Source: an uncultured Pseudomonadota bacterium (GTDB lineage: Bacteria > Pseudomonadota > Alphaproteobacteria > Rhizobiales > Xanthobacteraceae). From it: 64,000 nt of DNA. The notes beneath the pieces were generated by a model that had not been told where the DNA came from, ran no database searches, and saw only the letters and a list, made by a program, of their open reading frames with translations. The stretch covers positions 192,005 through 256,004 of the forward strand of contig CAVTBG010000009.1 of the NCBI GenBank assembly GCA_963732895.1, read 5' to 3'. A program made the position numbers and the translations under genes. Position 1 is the stretch's first letter; the number at the start of each line of letters is the position of its first letter. This document shows positions 18,342 through 26,391 of this stretch, piece after piece.

Positions 18342-18389
18342 CGCATGATCCCGAAAAGTGGACACCGGTTTTCGGACAAGATCATGCGC
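18341..18389 (+). repeat. 49-bp palindromic element, copy 3 (between pcaH and pcaG)
   Basis: gcgcatgatcccgaaaagtggacaccggttttcggacaagatcatgcgc. Confidence 0.9.
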
Positions 18390-18403
18390 AAAGGGAAAAA
18401 CTA

Positions 18404-19018
18404 ATGTCGGACATCACCCCTTCGCAGACCGTTGGCCCGTACTTCGCCTACGGCCTTACGCCCAAGGGCCGTTGCCAATGGGATCCCAACGGCAGCTATA
18501 GCTGGAAGGAAACCGTCAGCGACAATCTCGTCACCCCCGACGCCAGCGGCGAGCGCATCCACATCGAAGGCACGGTGTTCGACGGTGACGGCCAACCGAT
18601 CAACGACGCCATGATCGAGATCTGGCAGGCAGACAGCCAAGGGCGCTACGCCAGCCCGTATGACAGCCGCGCGCTGCCGAACACCCGCTTCAAAGGCTTC
18701 GGCCGCTCGGCCACCGACAAGAACGGTGTCTACAGCTTCGACACCATCAAGCCGGGCGCGGTGCCGGGCCCGGAGGGCAAAGCCCAAGCTCCACACATCG
18801 TTGTCGCCGTGTATTCGCGCGGCATGCTCCGGCAGATTTATACGCGACTGTATTTTTCCGACGACGCGGCCAACCAAACTGATCCCATTCTAGCGCTGGT
18901 GCCGGCAGACCGGCGTGGGACGCTCATTGCCCACAAGGAGGCGAAGGGCGGCCAGACAATCTACCGCTTCGACATCCGCGTTCAGGGCGAAAACGAAACG
19001 GTTTTCTTCGAAGTCTAG
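18404..19018 (+). CDS. pcaG: Protocatechuate 3,4-dioxygenase alpha chain
   Basis: TPSQTVGPYF, EIWQADSQG, QAPHI, RGML...TRLYF, ETVFFEV. Confidence 0.96.
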   Translation: MSDITPSQTVGPYFAYGLTPKGRCQWDPNGSYSWKETVSDNLVTPDASGERIHIEGTVFDGDGQPINDAMIEIWQADSQGRYASPYDSRALPNTRFKGFGRSATDKNGVYSFDTIKPGAVPGPEGKAQAPHIVVAVYSRGMLRQIYTRLYFSDDAANQTDPILALVPADRRGTLIAHKEAKGGQTIYRFDIRVQGENETVFFEV

Positions 19019-19040
19019 CGATTTCCTGTCGGGATCAGGA

Positions 19041-19071
19041 CAGAGGCGGGCGATCAGGACGCCCGCCTCTG
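19041..19071 (+). terminator. 12-bp perfect stem-loop after pcaG (terminator-like, no clear U tract)
   Basis: cagaggcgggcg-atcagga-cgcccgcctctg. Confidence 0.5.
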
Positions 19072-19305
19072 CCCACATATCTTGACCGAATAGTGGGCAA
19101 AGCCCATTACGTTCATCATCTGCCTCGCTATAGCTCGACATTTTTGACCGCGAATCTGCTTAAAAGTAGTCCGTCTCCTTCGTTCACTCCTGCCCATCCA
19201 CTGTGCCCAACTTTTCCAAATATTGTTTTGTGGTTGACGCCGCCCGTTTGGCTTGGTTCGCTAAGCGCATTAATCGGCCATCGAGAGCCGTACTGGGAAA
19301 CGCGC

Positions 19306-20721
19306 ATGAACGAGCAAATTCTCCAGGAGATCAGCGACTTTTGCCGCCAGCGCGGGCTCGCCAAATCCACCTTCGGCCGCCGCGCGGTGAACGACGGCAA
19401 GCTCGCGAGCCGCTTGCGTAGCGGTGGCCGCATCACCACCGACACGCTGGAGCGCATCCGCTCCTTTATGGCCAGCAACGCCGATGGCGCGCCGGCCCGC
19501 CGACGCGTGCTGTTCGATCCCGCGCCACCGCCGGCACAGACGTTGCCGGTGCTGACGCCACCGGCGCCGCCGGTCGCCTCGGGCCAGGCCAGCGACGACC
19601 CGCAGCGCAATTTCCGCTTCTTCGACAATCGGCAGAAATATCTTCTGTTCGTGAACACCTGCTCGGAGAAGTGGGAGGTCGCCAACCGCGTCAGCCTCGA
19701 GCTCGCCAACATCCATCCGCGCCCGCCGGCGGTGCGCGTGTTCGACGCCGGTGTCGGCGATGGAACCGTGCTCGCGCGCGTGATGCGCACCATGCACGAC
19801 CGCTTCCCCACGATGCCATTCTATATCGTCGGCAAGGAAATCAGCCTGGAGGACGTCCGCCTCACGCTCAATAAGGTCGCCGACCGCTTCGTCGAGCATC
19901 CCTCGACTGTGCTGGTACTCACCAACCTCGCTTATGCCGACGCGCCCTGGCTAGCGGTGAAGTCCTTGAGCGCGGCCTCGAGCCTGGTGTGGAAAGAAGT
20001 GGCGATGGAGGGCAACACCGCCCACGCCTTCGAAAAGCAGATCTCTGACCTCGAACCGTTCCTGGCGGAAGCCTGGAAGGCGGGCGTGTCGCCGAAGAGC
20101 GGCAACCCGGTCTATGAGCGGCCCGTCATCCTGGTGATCTACCGCAACGACCACCGCTTCCTGCTCGACCAGATCGTGCCCAAGCCGGGCGGCACCGTTG
20201 CCGACTACGATCTGGTGATCGCCTCGCAGCCTTATCGCGCGCGCGCCTCGCTTCAGTTCAAGGCCAAGCGCGTCCTGGCGCCGCTTGCGCGCGCGCTCGG
20301 GCCGGGCGGGCGTATGATCGCCATTCATTCCTACGGCCATGATCCCGGCATGGAGATCATCCATAAGGTTTGGCCGGGCGACGATCCGTTCAACCACAGC
20401 CGCCACGACCTGCTCAAGGAAGTGAAGCACGAATTGGGGGCGGCCGGCCGCGATCTCAATTTCAATGCCTATTCCGATCAGCGCTCGCTGTTCCGCTACG
20501 ACATGCACACGCTGCCGTCGGAAATCTCCAATTCGATCGGCACCTCCACGCTGCTCGCAGCCTGGAATGCGGCGATCTACGTGGCGCAGATCGAGGACGA
20601 CCGGCTCTCCGACGTCAACAGCGACCGCCGCTACATCGAGGCCACACGTGAAGCGCTGCAGAAGAACGGCGGGCTCTGGTTCTACGACGAGTCCTTCGTG
20701 ATCTCGCACCGGCGGGAGTGA
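19306..20721 (+). CDS. N-terminal Cro/XRE-like HTH fused through a Pro-rich linker to a class I SAM-methyltransferase-like domain (uncharacterised)
   Basis: 471 aa; STFGRRAVNDGKLASRLRSGG helix-turn-helix-like segment, PAPPPAQTLPVLTPPAPP linker, VFDAGVGDG (motif I), VGKEIS (motif II), YDLVIASQPY (motif IV-like). Confidence 0.75.
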   Translation: MNEQILQEISDFCRQRGLAKSTFGRRAVNDGKLASRLRSGGRITTDTLERIRSFMASNADGAPARRRVLFDPAPPPAQTLPVLTPPAPPVASGQASDDPQRNFRFFDNRQKYLLFVNTCSEKWEVANRVSLELANIHPRPPAVRVFDAGVGDGTVLARVMRTMHDRFPTMPFYIVGKEISLEDVRLTLNKVADRFVEHPSTVLVLTNLAYADAPWLAVKSLSAASSLVWKEVAMEGNTAHAFEKQISDLEPFLAEAWKAGVSPKSGNPVYERPVILVIYRNDHRFLLDQIVPKPGGTVADYDLVIASQPYRARASLQFKAKRVLAPLARALGPGGRMIAIHSYGHDPGMEIIHKVWPGDDPFNHSRHDLLKEVKHELGAAGRDLNFNAYSDQRSLFRYDMHTLPSEISNSIGTSTLLAAWNAAIYVAQIEDDRLSDVNSDRRYIEATREALQKNGGLWFYDESFVISHRRE

Positions 20722-21617
20722 GCGCCATGGAGGACCTGATGACGCTCGACACTGCGCCCGCGCTCGCGCCGGACCGGCTCGCGCGGCGCTTCTCGCTCGA
20801 AGCCACCCGGCCGACGGCCGACGAAATTGCGCGACTGGCCGATACCGTGCCGGCCGGCACCATGATCTATCTCACCGCGGTACCGAACCAGTCCGCGGCC
20901 GAACTGAGCGAAGCCGCCGCGCGCCTGCGTCAGGCCGGACTGGAGCCGGTCGCCCATATCGCCGCCCGCCGGCTGACAAGCCTCGATGAATTGCACGGCC
21001 TGCTGAAAGCCTTGCGCGGCGAAGCGGACATGCGCCGCCTGCTGGTGATTGGCGGCGACATCGACGCCAGCGGCCCGTTGCCCGATGCGCTGGCGGTGAT
21101 CCGGCAGGGCAATTTGCGCGGCCTCGGCTTTGAGGAAATCGGTATCGGCGGCTATCCGGAACCGCACCCGCGCATCGCGCCGGGGCGGCTCGAAGCCGCG
21201 CTCGACGAGAAGATCGCGCACGCGGCGGCGCAGGGCTTGCGTGTCCACATCGTGAGCCAGTTTTCGTTCTCGCCCGAGCGCATCCAGGCCTGGCTCAGGC
21301 AATTGCGCGGCTGCGGCATCACATGGCCGGTGCGGGTCGGCCTGGTCGGTCCCACCAGCGTGCCGGCACTGTTGCGCTTTGCCCGCCGCTGCGGGGTCAA
21401 TGCTTCGCTACGCGGGCTGGCTTCCGGGGTCGCCACCAGCCTGGTCGGCCATGTCGGGCCCGGCCGCATCATCGATGCGCTGTCGGCGGCCGACGATCTG
21501 GGCGATGTTGCCCTGCATTATTTTTCCTTCGGCGGAACAGTTGAAACCGCACGCTACGCGTGCCAAGCCGCTGCGGGACGGCGCGATGCCCATCGTGCTA
21601 TGGCTCACCCCAATTAA
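20718..21617 (+). CDS. metF: Divergent methylenetetrahydrofolate reductase (MetF-like flavoprotein)
   Basis: SLEAT, VAHIAARR, LVIGGD, GGYPEPHP, VSQF correspond to the MetF Glu/His/Asp/Gln motifs; GTGA overlap with the upstream gene. Confidence 0.75.
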   Translation: MSAMEDLMTLDTAPALAPDRLARRFSLEATRPTADEIARLADTVPAGTMIYLTAVPNQSAAELSEAAARLRQAGLEPVAHIAARRLTSLDELHGLLKALRGEADMRRLLVIGGDIDASGPLPDALAVIRQGNLRGLGFEEIGIGGYPEPHPRIAPGRLEAALDEKIAHAAAQGLRVHIVSQFSFSPERIQAWLRQLRGCGITWPVRVGLVGPTSVPALLRFARRCGVNASLRGLASGVATSLVGHVGPGRIIDALSAADDLGDVALHYFSFGGTVETARYACQAAAGRRDAHRAMAHPN

Positions 21618-21667
21618 GCCAGCCCGCCGGTTACAGCGCTGGGCGGCTCCTATGCGGAGGAAAAAAT

Positions 21668-22777
21668 ATGACGCAACGGACCAAACCGCCTTTCAGCGCC
21701 GACGAGGTCGGCAGCCTGCTGCGTACCGCGCCGATCAAGGACGCGCGCGCCAAGCACGAGGCCGGCAAGATCAGCGCCGCCGAGCTCAAGGCGGTCGAAG
21801 ATCAAGAGATCAAGAAGATCATCAAGAAGCAGGAAGAAGTCGGCCTCAAGCTCGCGACCGACGGCGAATTCCGCCGATCGTGGTGGCATTTCGACTTCTA
21901 CGGCGGACTCGATAACGTCGAAATTTACGAGCTCGACCACGGCATCCAGTTCCAGGGCGTACAGACCAAACCGCGCTCGATCCGCGTCAACGGCAAGATC
22001 GGATTTTCCGATCACTACATGCTGGAGCACTTCAAGTTCTTGAAGGCGAATTGCAGCGTCACGCCCAAGATGTGCATACCGGCGCCATCGACTTTCCATT
22101 TCCGGCTTGAGCCGAACGCGGTCAGCAAGGACGCTTATGCGAACCGCGATGCCATCTTCGACGATCTCGCGGTCGCCTATCAGAACGCGATCAAGGCTTT
22201 CTATGCCGCCGGCTGCCGCTATCTGCAGTTCGACGACACGGCCTGGGCCTATCTCTGTTCGCAGGAGCAGATGCAGCAGGCGCGCGACCGCGGCCTCGAC
22301 GTCGATCACCTGCAGGACAGCTACGCCAAGTGCATCAACAAGGCACTGGAAGCCAAGCCCGCCGACATGACCGTCACCACTCATGTTTGTCGCGGCAATT
22401 TCCGCTCCACCTTCATCTCGTCGGGCGGCTACGAGCCGGTGGCCGAGACGCTGCTCGCCAAGTGCAATTACGACGGCTACTTCCTGGAATACGACACCGA
22501 CCGCGCCGGCGGTTTCGAGCCGCTGCGCTTCCTGCCCAAGGGCAACAAGATCGTGGTGCTCGGCCTCGTCACCACCAAGCAGGGTCGGCTCGAGCCGCGT
22601 GCCGACGTCAAGAAGCGCATCGAGGAGGCGACCAAGTTCGTTGCGCTCGATCAGCTTTGCCTGTCGCCGCAGTGCGGCTTTGCCTCCACCGAGGAAGGTA
22701 ACACGCTGGCCGAGGACGAGCAGTGGGCCAAGCTGCGCATGATCGTCGAACTCGCCAGCGAGGTGTGGGGCAAGTAA
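21668..22777 (+). CDS. Core-only cobalamin-independent methionine synthase-like Zn enzyme (MetE C-terminal/YxjH family), paralog 1
   Basis: 369 aa; ADEVGSLLR, TDGEFRRSWWH, HVCRGN, LEYD, SPQCGF (H-x-C...E...C Zn ligands). Confidence 0.9.
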   Translation: MTQRTKPPFSADEVGSLLRTAPIKDARAKHEAGKISAAELKAVEDQEIKKIIKKQEEVGLKLATDGEFRRSWWHFDFYGGLDNVEIYELDHGIQFQGVQTKPRSIRVNGKIGFSDHYMLEHFKFLKANCSVTPKMCIPAPSTFHFRLEPNAVSKDAYANRDAIFDDLAVAYQNAIKAFYAAGCRYLQFDDTAWAYLCSQEQMQQARDRGLDVDHLQDSYAKCINKALEAKPADMTVTTHVCRGNFRSTFISSGGYEPVAETLLAKCNYDGYFLEYDTDRAGGFEPLRFLPKGNKIVVLGLVTTKQGRLEPRADVKKRIEEATKFVALDQLCLSPQCGFASTEEGNTLAEDEQWAKLRMIVELASEVWGK

Positions 22778-22788
22778 GGCCTCCACTT

Positions 22789-22903
22789 TTCCCGGGCGCA
22801 GCGCAGCACGCTGGTGATGCGCTGCAGACCCGGGATCGTTTGCGCCTGTAGCGGACCCGGATCAGCGGTGCACCGCTATCGCGCTGCACCGCATCCGGGA
22901 CAC
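22789..22903. repeat. REPIN-like doublet of (T/G)CCCGG...GC(A/G)GTGCA-type palindromes
   Basis: ttcccgggcgcagcgcagca...tgcgctgcagacccgggat followed by the inverted partner gacccggatcagcggtgcaccgct...tgcaccgcatccgggacac. Confidence 0.8.
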
Positions 22904-22915
22904 GAGGCAACGCAT

Positions 22916-24022
22916 ATGACCCAACGCACAAAACCGCCCTTCCGCGCCGACCATGTCGGTAGTTTGTTGCGTCCGGCCGCGCTGAAGGACGCGCGCGCTC
23001 AATTTGCCAAGGGTGAGATCGATGCCGCCGCGCTGCAGCGGATCGAAGACGACGCCATCAAAGCCGTCGTGAAGAAGCAGGAGGAGGTCGGCCTCAAGCT
23101 CGCCACCGACGGCGAATTCCGCCGCTCGTGGTGGCATTTCGATTTCTTCAAGGGCCTGCAGGGCGTCGACCTCATCGAGGCGCCACCGATCAAGTTCCAC
23201 GGCGTCGTCACCAAGAGCGAGGCCATCAAGATCAACCGCAAGGTCGACTTTGCCGGCCATCCGCATCTGGAGCATTTCAAGTTCTTGAAGGCGAACTGCA
23301 AGGTTACGCCCAAGATGTGCATCCCGGCGCCGAGCACCTTCCACTTTCGCCAGGGAAGGGCGATGGTGAGCAAGGATGCCTATCCCGATATCGACGCATT
23401 CTTCGCCGACGTCGCCGCCGCCTGGAAGAAAGCGATCAAGGCGTTCTACGACGCCGGCTGCCGCTATCTGCAACTCGACGACACCGCCTGGGCGATGATC
23501 TGCGATCCCAAGGAGCGCGAGCAATCGAAGGCGCGCGGCGACGATCCCGACAAGTTGCCGGCGATCTATGCGCAGATGACCAATGCGGCGCTGGCAGACA
23601 AGCCCGCCGACATGGCGATCACCATGCACTCTTGCCGTGGCAACTTCCGTTCCACCTTTATCGCCTCAGGCGGCTATGAGTTCGTCGCCGAGCAGCTGCT
23701 CGGCAACACCAATTTCGACGGTTATTTCCTCGAATACGACACCGACCGGGCCGGCGGTTTCGAGCCGCTGCGCTTCTTCCCCAACGGCGACAAGCAGCTC
23801 GTACTTGGTCTTGTCACCTCCAAGAGCGGGCGCCTCGAGCCGCGCGACGACATCAAGAAGCGCATCGAGGAAGCGACCAAATACGTGCCGCTCGAGCAGC
23901 TCTGCCTGTCGCCGCAATGCGGCTTCTCCTCGACCGAGGAAGGCAACGTGCTGGCCGAGGACGAGCAGTGGGCCAAGCTGCGCATGATCGTGGAATTGGC
24001 CGAGGAAGTGTGGGGCCGCTGA
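22916..24022 (+). CDS. Core-only MetE-like Zn enzyme, paralog 2
   Basis: 368 aa; RADHVGSLLRP, HSCRGN, LEYD, SPQCGF. Confidence 0.9.
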   Translation: MTQRTKPPFRADHVGSLLRPAALKDARAQFAKGEIDAAALQRIEDDAIKAVVKKQEEVGLKLATDGEFRRSWWHFDFFKGLQGVDLIEAPPIKFHGVVTKSEAIKINRKVDFAGHPHLEHFKFLKANCKVTPKMCIPAPSTFHFRQGRAMVSKDAYPDIDAFFADVAAAWKKAIKAFYDAGCRYLQLDDTAWAMICDPKEREQSKARGDDPDKLPAIYAQMTNAALADKPADMAITMHSCRGNFRSTFIASGGYEFVAEQLLGNTNFDGYFLEYDTDRAGGFEPLRFFPNGDKQLVLGLVTSKSGRLEPRDDIKKRIEEATKYVPLEQLCLSPQCGFSSTEEGNVLAEDEQWAKLRMIVELAEEVWGR

Positions 24023-24024
24023 TC

Positions 24025-24117
24025 GTCGTCCCCGCGAAGGCGGGGACCCATACGCCGTGTACTATCGTTAACTGCGGAGTATGGGTCCCGGCCCTCGCTC
24101 CGCTCGGCCGGGACGAC
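24025..24117. repeat. REPIN-like doublet of GTCGTCCC...GGGACCCATA palindromes, copy 1
   Basis: gtcgtccccgcgaaggcggggacccata...tatgggtcccggccctcgctccgctcggccgggacgac. Confidence 0.88.
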
Positions 24118-24124
24118 AAACTCC

Positions 24125-25231
24125 ATGCAACGCACCAAACCGCCCTTCCGCGCCGACCATGTCGGCAGCCTGTTGCGCACCGCGCCTTTGAAAGATGCGC
24201 GTGCCAAGCACGAAAAGGGCGAGATCGACGCCGCCGCGCTCAGCGCAGTGGAAGATCTGGAAATCCAGAGGATCATCAAGCGCCAGGAGGACATCGGCCT
24301 GAAAGCCGTGACCGACGGCGAATTCCGCCGCGCTTTCTGGAATTACGACTTTCTCGGCGGGCTCGACGGCGTCGAAGCCTATCTTGGTGAGCGCAAGATC
24401 AAGTTCCAGGGTATCCAGCCCAAGCCGATGATGCTGCGGGTTACGGCTGAGCTCGGCACGTTCTCCGGCCACCCGATGATCGAGCACTTCAAATTCGTGC
24501 AGGCACACACTAAAGTCGTGCCGAAAATGACGATCCCCTCGCCGTCGTCCTTGCATTTTCGCTACGGCCGCGATGCGGTGCCGGAATCGATCTACCCCGA
24601 CATGGGCGTTTTCTACCGCGACCTCGGCGCCACCTACCGACAGGCTGTGCGCGCTTTTGCCGATGCCGGCTGCCGCTACCTGCAGCTCGACGAGGTCAAT
24701 TTCACATATCTTTGCGATCCGAAGCTGCGCGCGCAGGTGGCGAACCGCGGCGACGATCCCGAGCAGCTTCCTTCGATCTATGCCGGCATGATCAACGCGG
24801 CGATCTCCGACATCCCGGACGACATGACCATCGCCATGCATCTGTGCCGCGGCAATTTCCAATCCACGTTCGTGGCCTCGGGCGGCTACGAGCCGGTGGC
24901 GGAGATCCTGTTTAACACCATCAACGTCCACGGCTATTTCATGGAGTACGATTCCGACCGCGCCGGCGGCTTCGAGCCGCTGCGTTTTGTCCCTAAGGGC
25001 AAGACGGTGGTGCTCGGTCTCGTCACGACGAAGTCGGGGCGGCTCGAATCGCGCGACGAGCTCAAGCGCCGCATCGACGAGGCTTCCAAATACATCGACC
25101 TTGATCAGTTGTGCCTGTCGCCGCAATGCGGCTTTGCCTCAACCGAAGAGGGCAACCTGCTGGCGGAAGAGGAACAGTGGGCTAAGCTCAGGACGATCGT
25201 CGAGGTGGCGCAAGAGATTTGGGGCCGTTGA
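24125..25231 (+). CDS. Core-only MetE-like Zn enzyme, paralog 3
   Basis: 368 aa; RADHVGSLLR, HLCRGN, MEYD, SPQCGF. Confidence 0.9.
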   Translation: MQRTKPPFRADHVGSLLRTAPLKDARAKHEKGEIDAAALSAVEDLEIQRIIKRQEDIGLKAVTDGEFRRAFWNYDFLGGLDGVEAYLGERKIKFQGIQPKPMMLRVTAELGTFSGHPMIEHFKFVQAHTKVVPKMTIPSPSSLHFRYGRDAVPESIYPDMGVFYRDLGATYRQAVRAFADAGCRYLQLDEVNFTYLCDPKLRAQVANRGDDPEQLPSIYAGMINAAISDIPDDMTIAMHLCRGNFQSTFVASGGYEPVAEILFNTINVHGYFMEYDSDRAGGFEPLRFVPKGKTVVLGLVTTKSGRLESRDELKRRIDEASKYIDLDQLCLSPQCGFASTEEGNLLAEEEQWAKLRTIVEVAQEIWGR

Positions 25232-25232
25232 G

Positions 25233-25261
25233 TTATCCCTCCCCTTTCAGGGGAGGGATAA
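25233..25261. repeat. CCCTCCCC-type REP hairpin
   Basis: ttatccctcccct-ttc-aggggagggataa, 13-bp perfect stem; related hairpin at 34813. Confidence 0.75.
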
Positions 25262-25284
25262 AAAAGTGCAGGGAGAGAAACAAA

Positions 25285-26385
25285 ATGTTGCGCACCGTTC
25301 CCCCCTTCCGCGCCGATCATGTCGGCAGCCTCTTGCGCCCGGCCGCGCTCAAAGAAGCGCGCGCGCAATTCGCCAAGGGCGAGATCGATGTCGCCGCGCT
25401 GAAAGCGGTCGAAGACCACGAGATCGAACGCGTCATCAAGAAGCAGGAGGAAGTCGGGCTTAAGAGCATCACCGACGGCGAGTTTCGCCGTTCGTGGTGG
25501 CATCTCGACTTCCTATGGGGGCTCGATGGTGTGGAGAAGCACGTGATGGATGCGGGCGTCGCGTTTGCGGGCGTCAACACCCGCAACGAGGGCGTCAAGG
25601 TCACCGGTAAGATCGACTCTTCCCATCATCCGATGATCGAGCATTTCAAGTTCGTCGCCGCGCACACCCGCCGCACACCCAAGATCACCATCCCGGCGCC
25701 CTCGGCGCTTTATGGGCGGCCCATGCGCCCGCCGATTGACGGGAAGATCTATCCGAAGCTCGACAAGATGTTTGAGGATCTCGGCCAGGCATACAAAAAG
25801 GCCGTGCGCGCCTTCGCCGATGCCGGCTGTCGTTACCTGCAACTCGACGAAGTCTTCATCGCCATGCTGTGCGACGAAAAATACCGCCAGCAGATGAAAG
25901 ACCGCGGCGATGACCCGCAGAGGCTCGGCGAGCTTTACGGCGATCTCATCAACATGGCGATGTCGGACATCCCGTCCGATATGCGCATCACCATGCACAT
26001 GTGCCGCGGCAACTATCGCTCGACCTTCATGGGCTCGGGCGGCTACGAGGCCGAACAGGACATCCTGTTCAACCGCATCAAGGTGCACGGCTACTTCATG
26101 GAGTACGATTCGGACCGCGCTGGCGGGTTCGAGCCGCTGCGTCTCGTACCAAAAGACCGTCAGGTCGTGCTGGGCCTGGTCACCACCAAGACCGGGCGGC
26201 TTGAAACGAAGGACGATCTCAAGCGCCGCATCGAGGAAGCGGCCAAATACATTTCGCTCGACCAGCTTTGCCTCTCCCCGCAATGCGGCTTCGCCTCGAC
26301 GGAAGAGGGCAACACGCTCGCCGAAGAAGAGCAGTGGGCCAAGCTGCGCATGATCGTCGAATTAGCGGAAGAGGTGTGGGGTTGA
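25285..26385 (+). CDS. Core-only MetE-like Zn enzyme, paralog 4
   Basis: 366 aa; RADHVGSLLRP, HMCRGN, MEYD, SPQCGF. Confidence 0.9.
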   Translation: MLRTVPPFRADHVGSLLRPAALKEARAQFAKGEIDVAALKAVEDHEIERVIKKQEEVGLKSITDGEFRRSWWHLDFLWGLDGVEKHVMDAGVAFAGVNTRNEGVKVTGKIDSSHHPMIEHFKFVAAHTRRTPKITIPAPSALYGRPMRPPIDGKIYPKLDKMFEDLGQAYKKAVRAFADAGCRYLQLDEVFIAMLCDEKYRQQMKDRGDDPQRLGELYGDLINMAMSDIPSDMRITMHMCRGNYRSTFMGSGGYEAEQDILFNRIKVHGYFMEYDSDRAGGFEPLRLVPKDRQVVLGLVTTKTGRLETKDDLKRRIEEAAKYISLDQLCLSPQCGFASTEEGNTLAEEEQWAKLRMIVELAEEVWG

Positions 26386-26391
26386 GTTGCG

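Noticed and set aside
19100-19305. Possible SAM-II or cobalamin riboswitch ahead of the met-like operon
   Set aside because: I could not find the conserved cores by eye; an Rfam scan would be needed to exclude it fully
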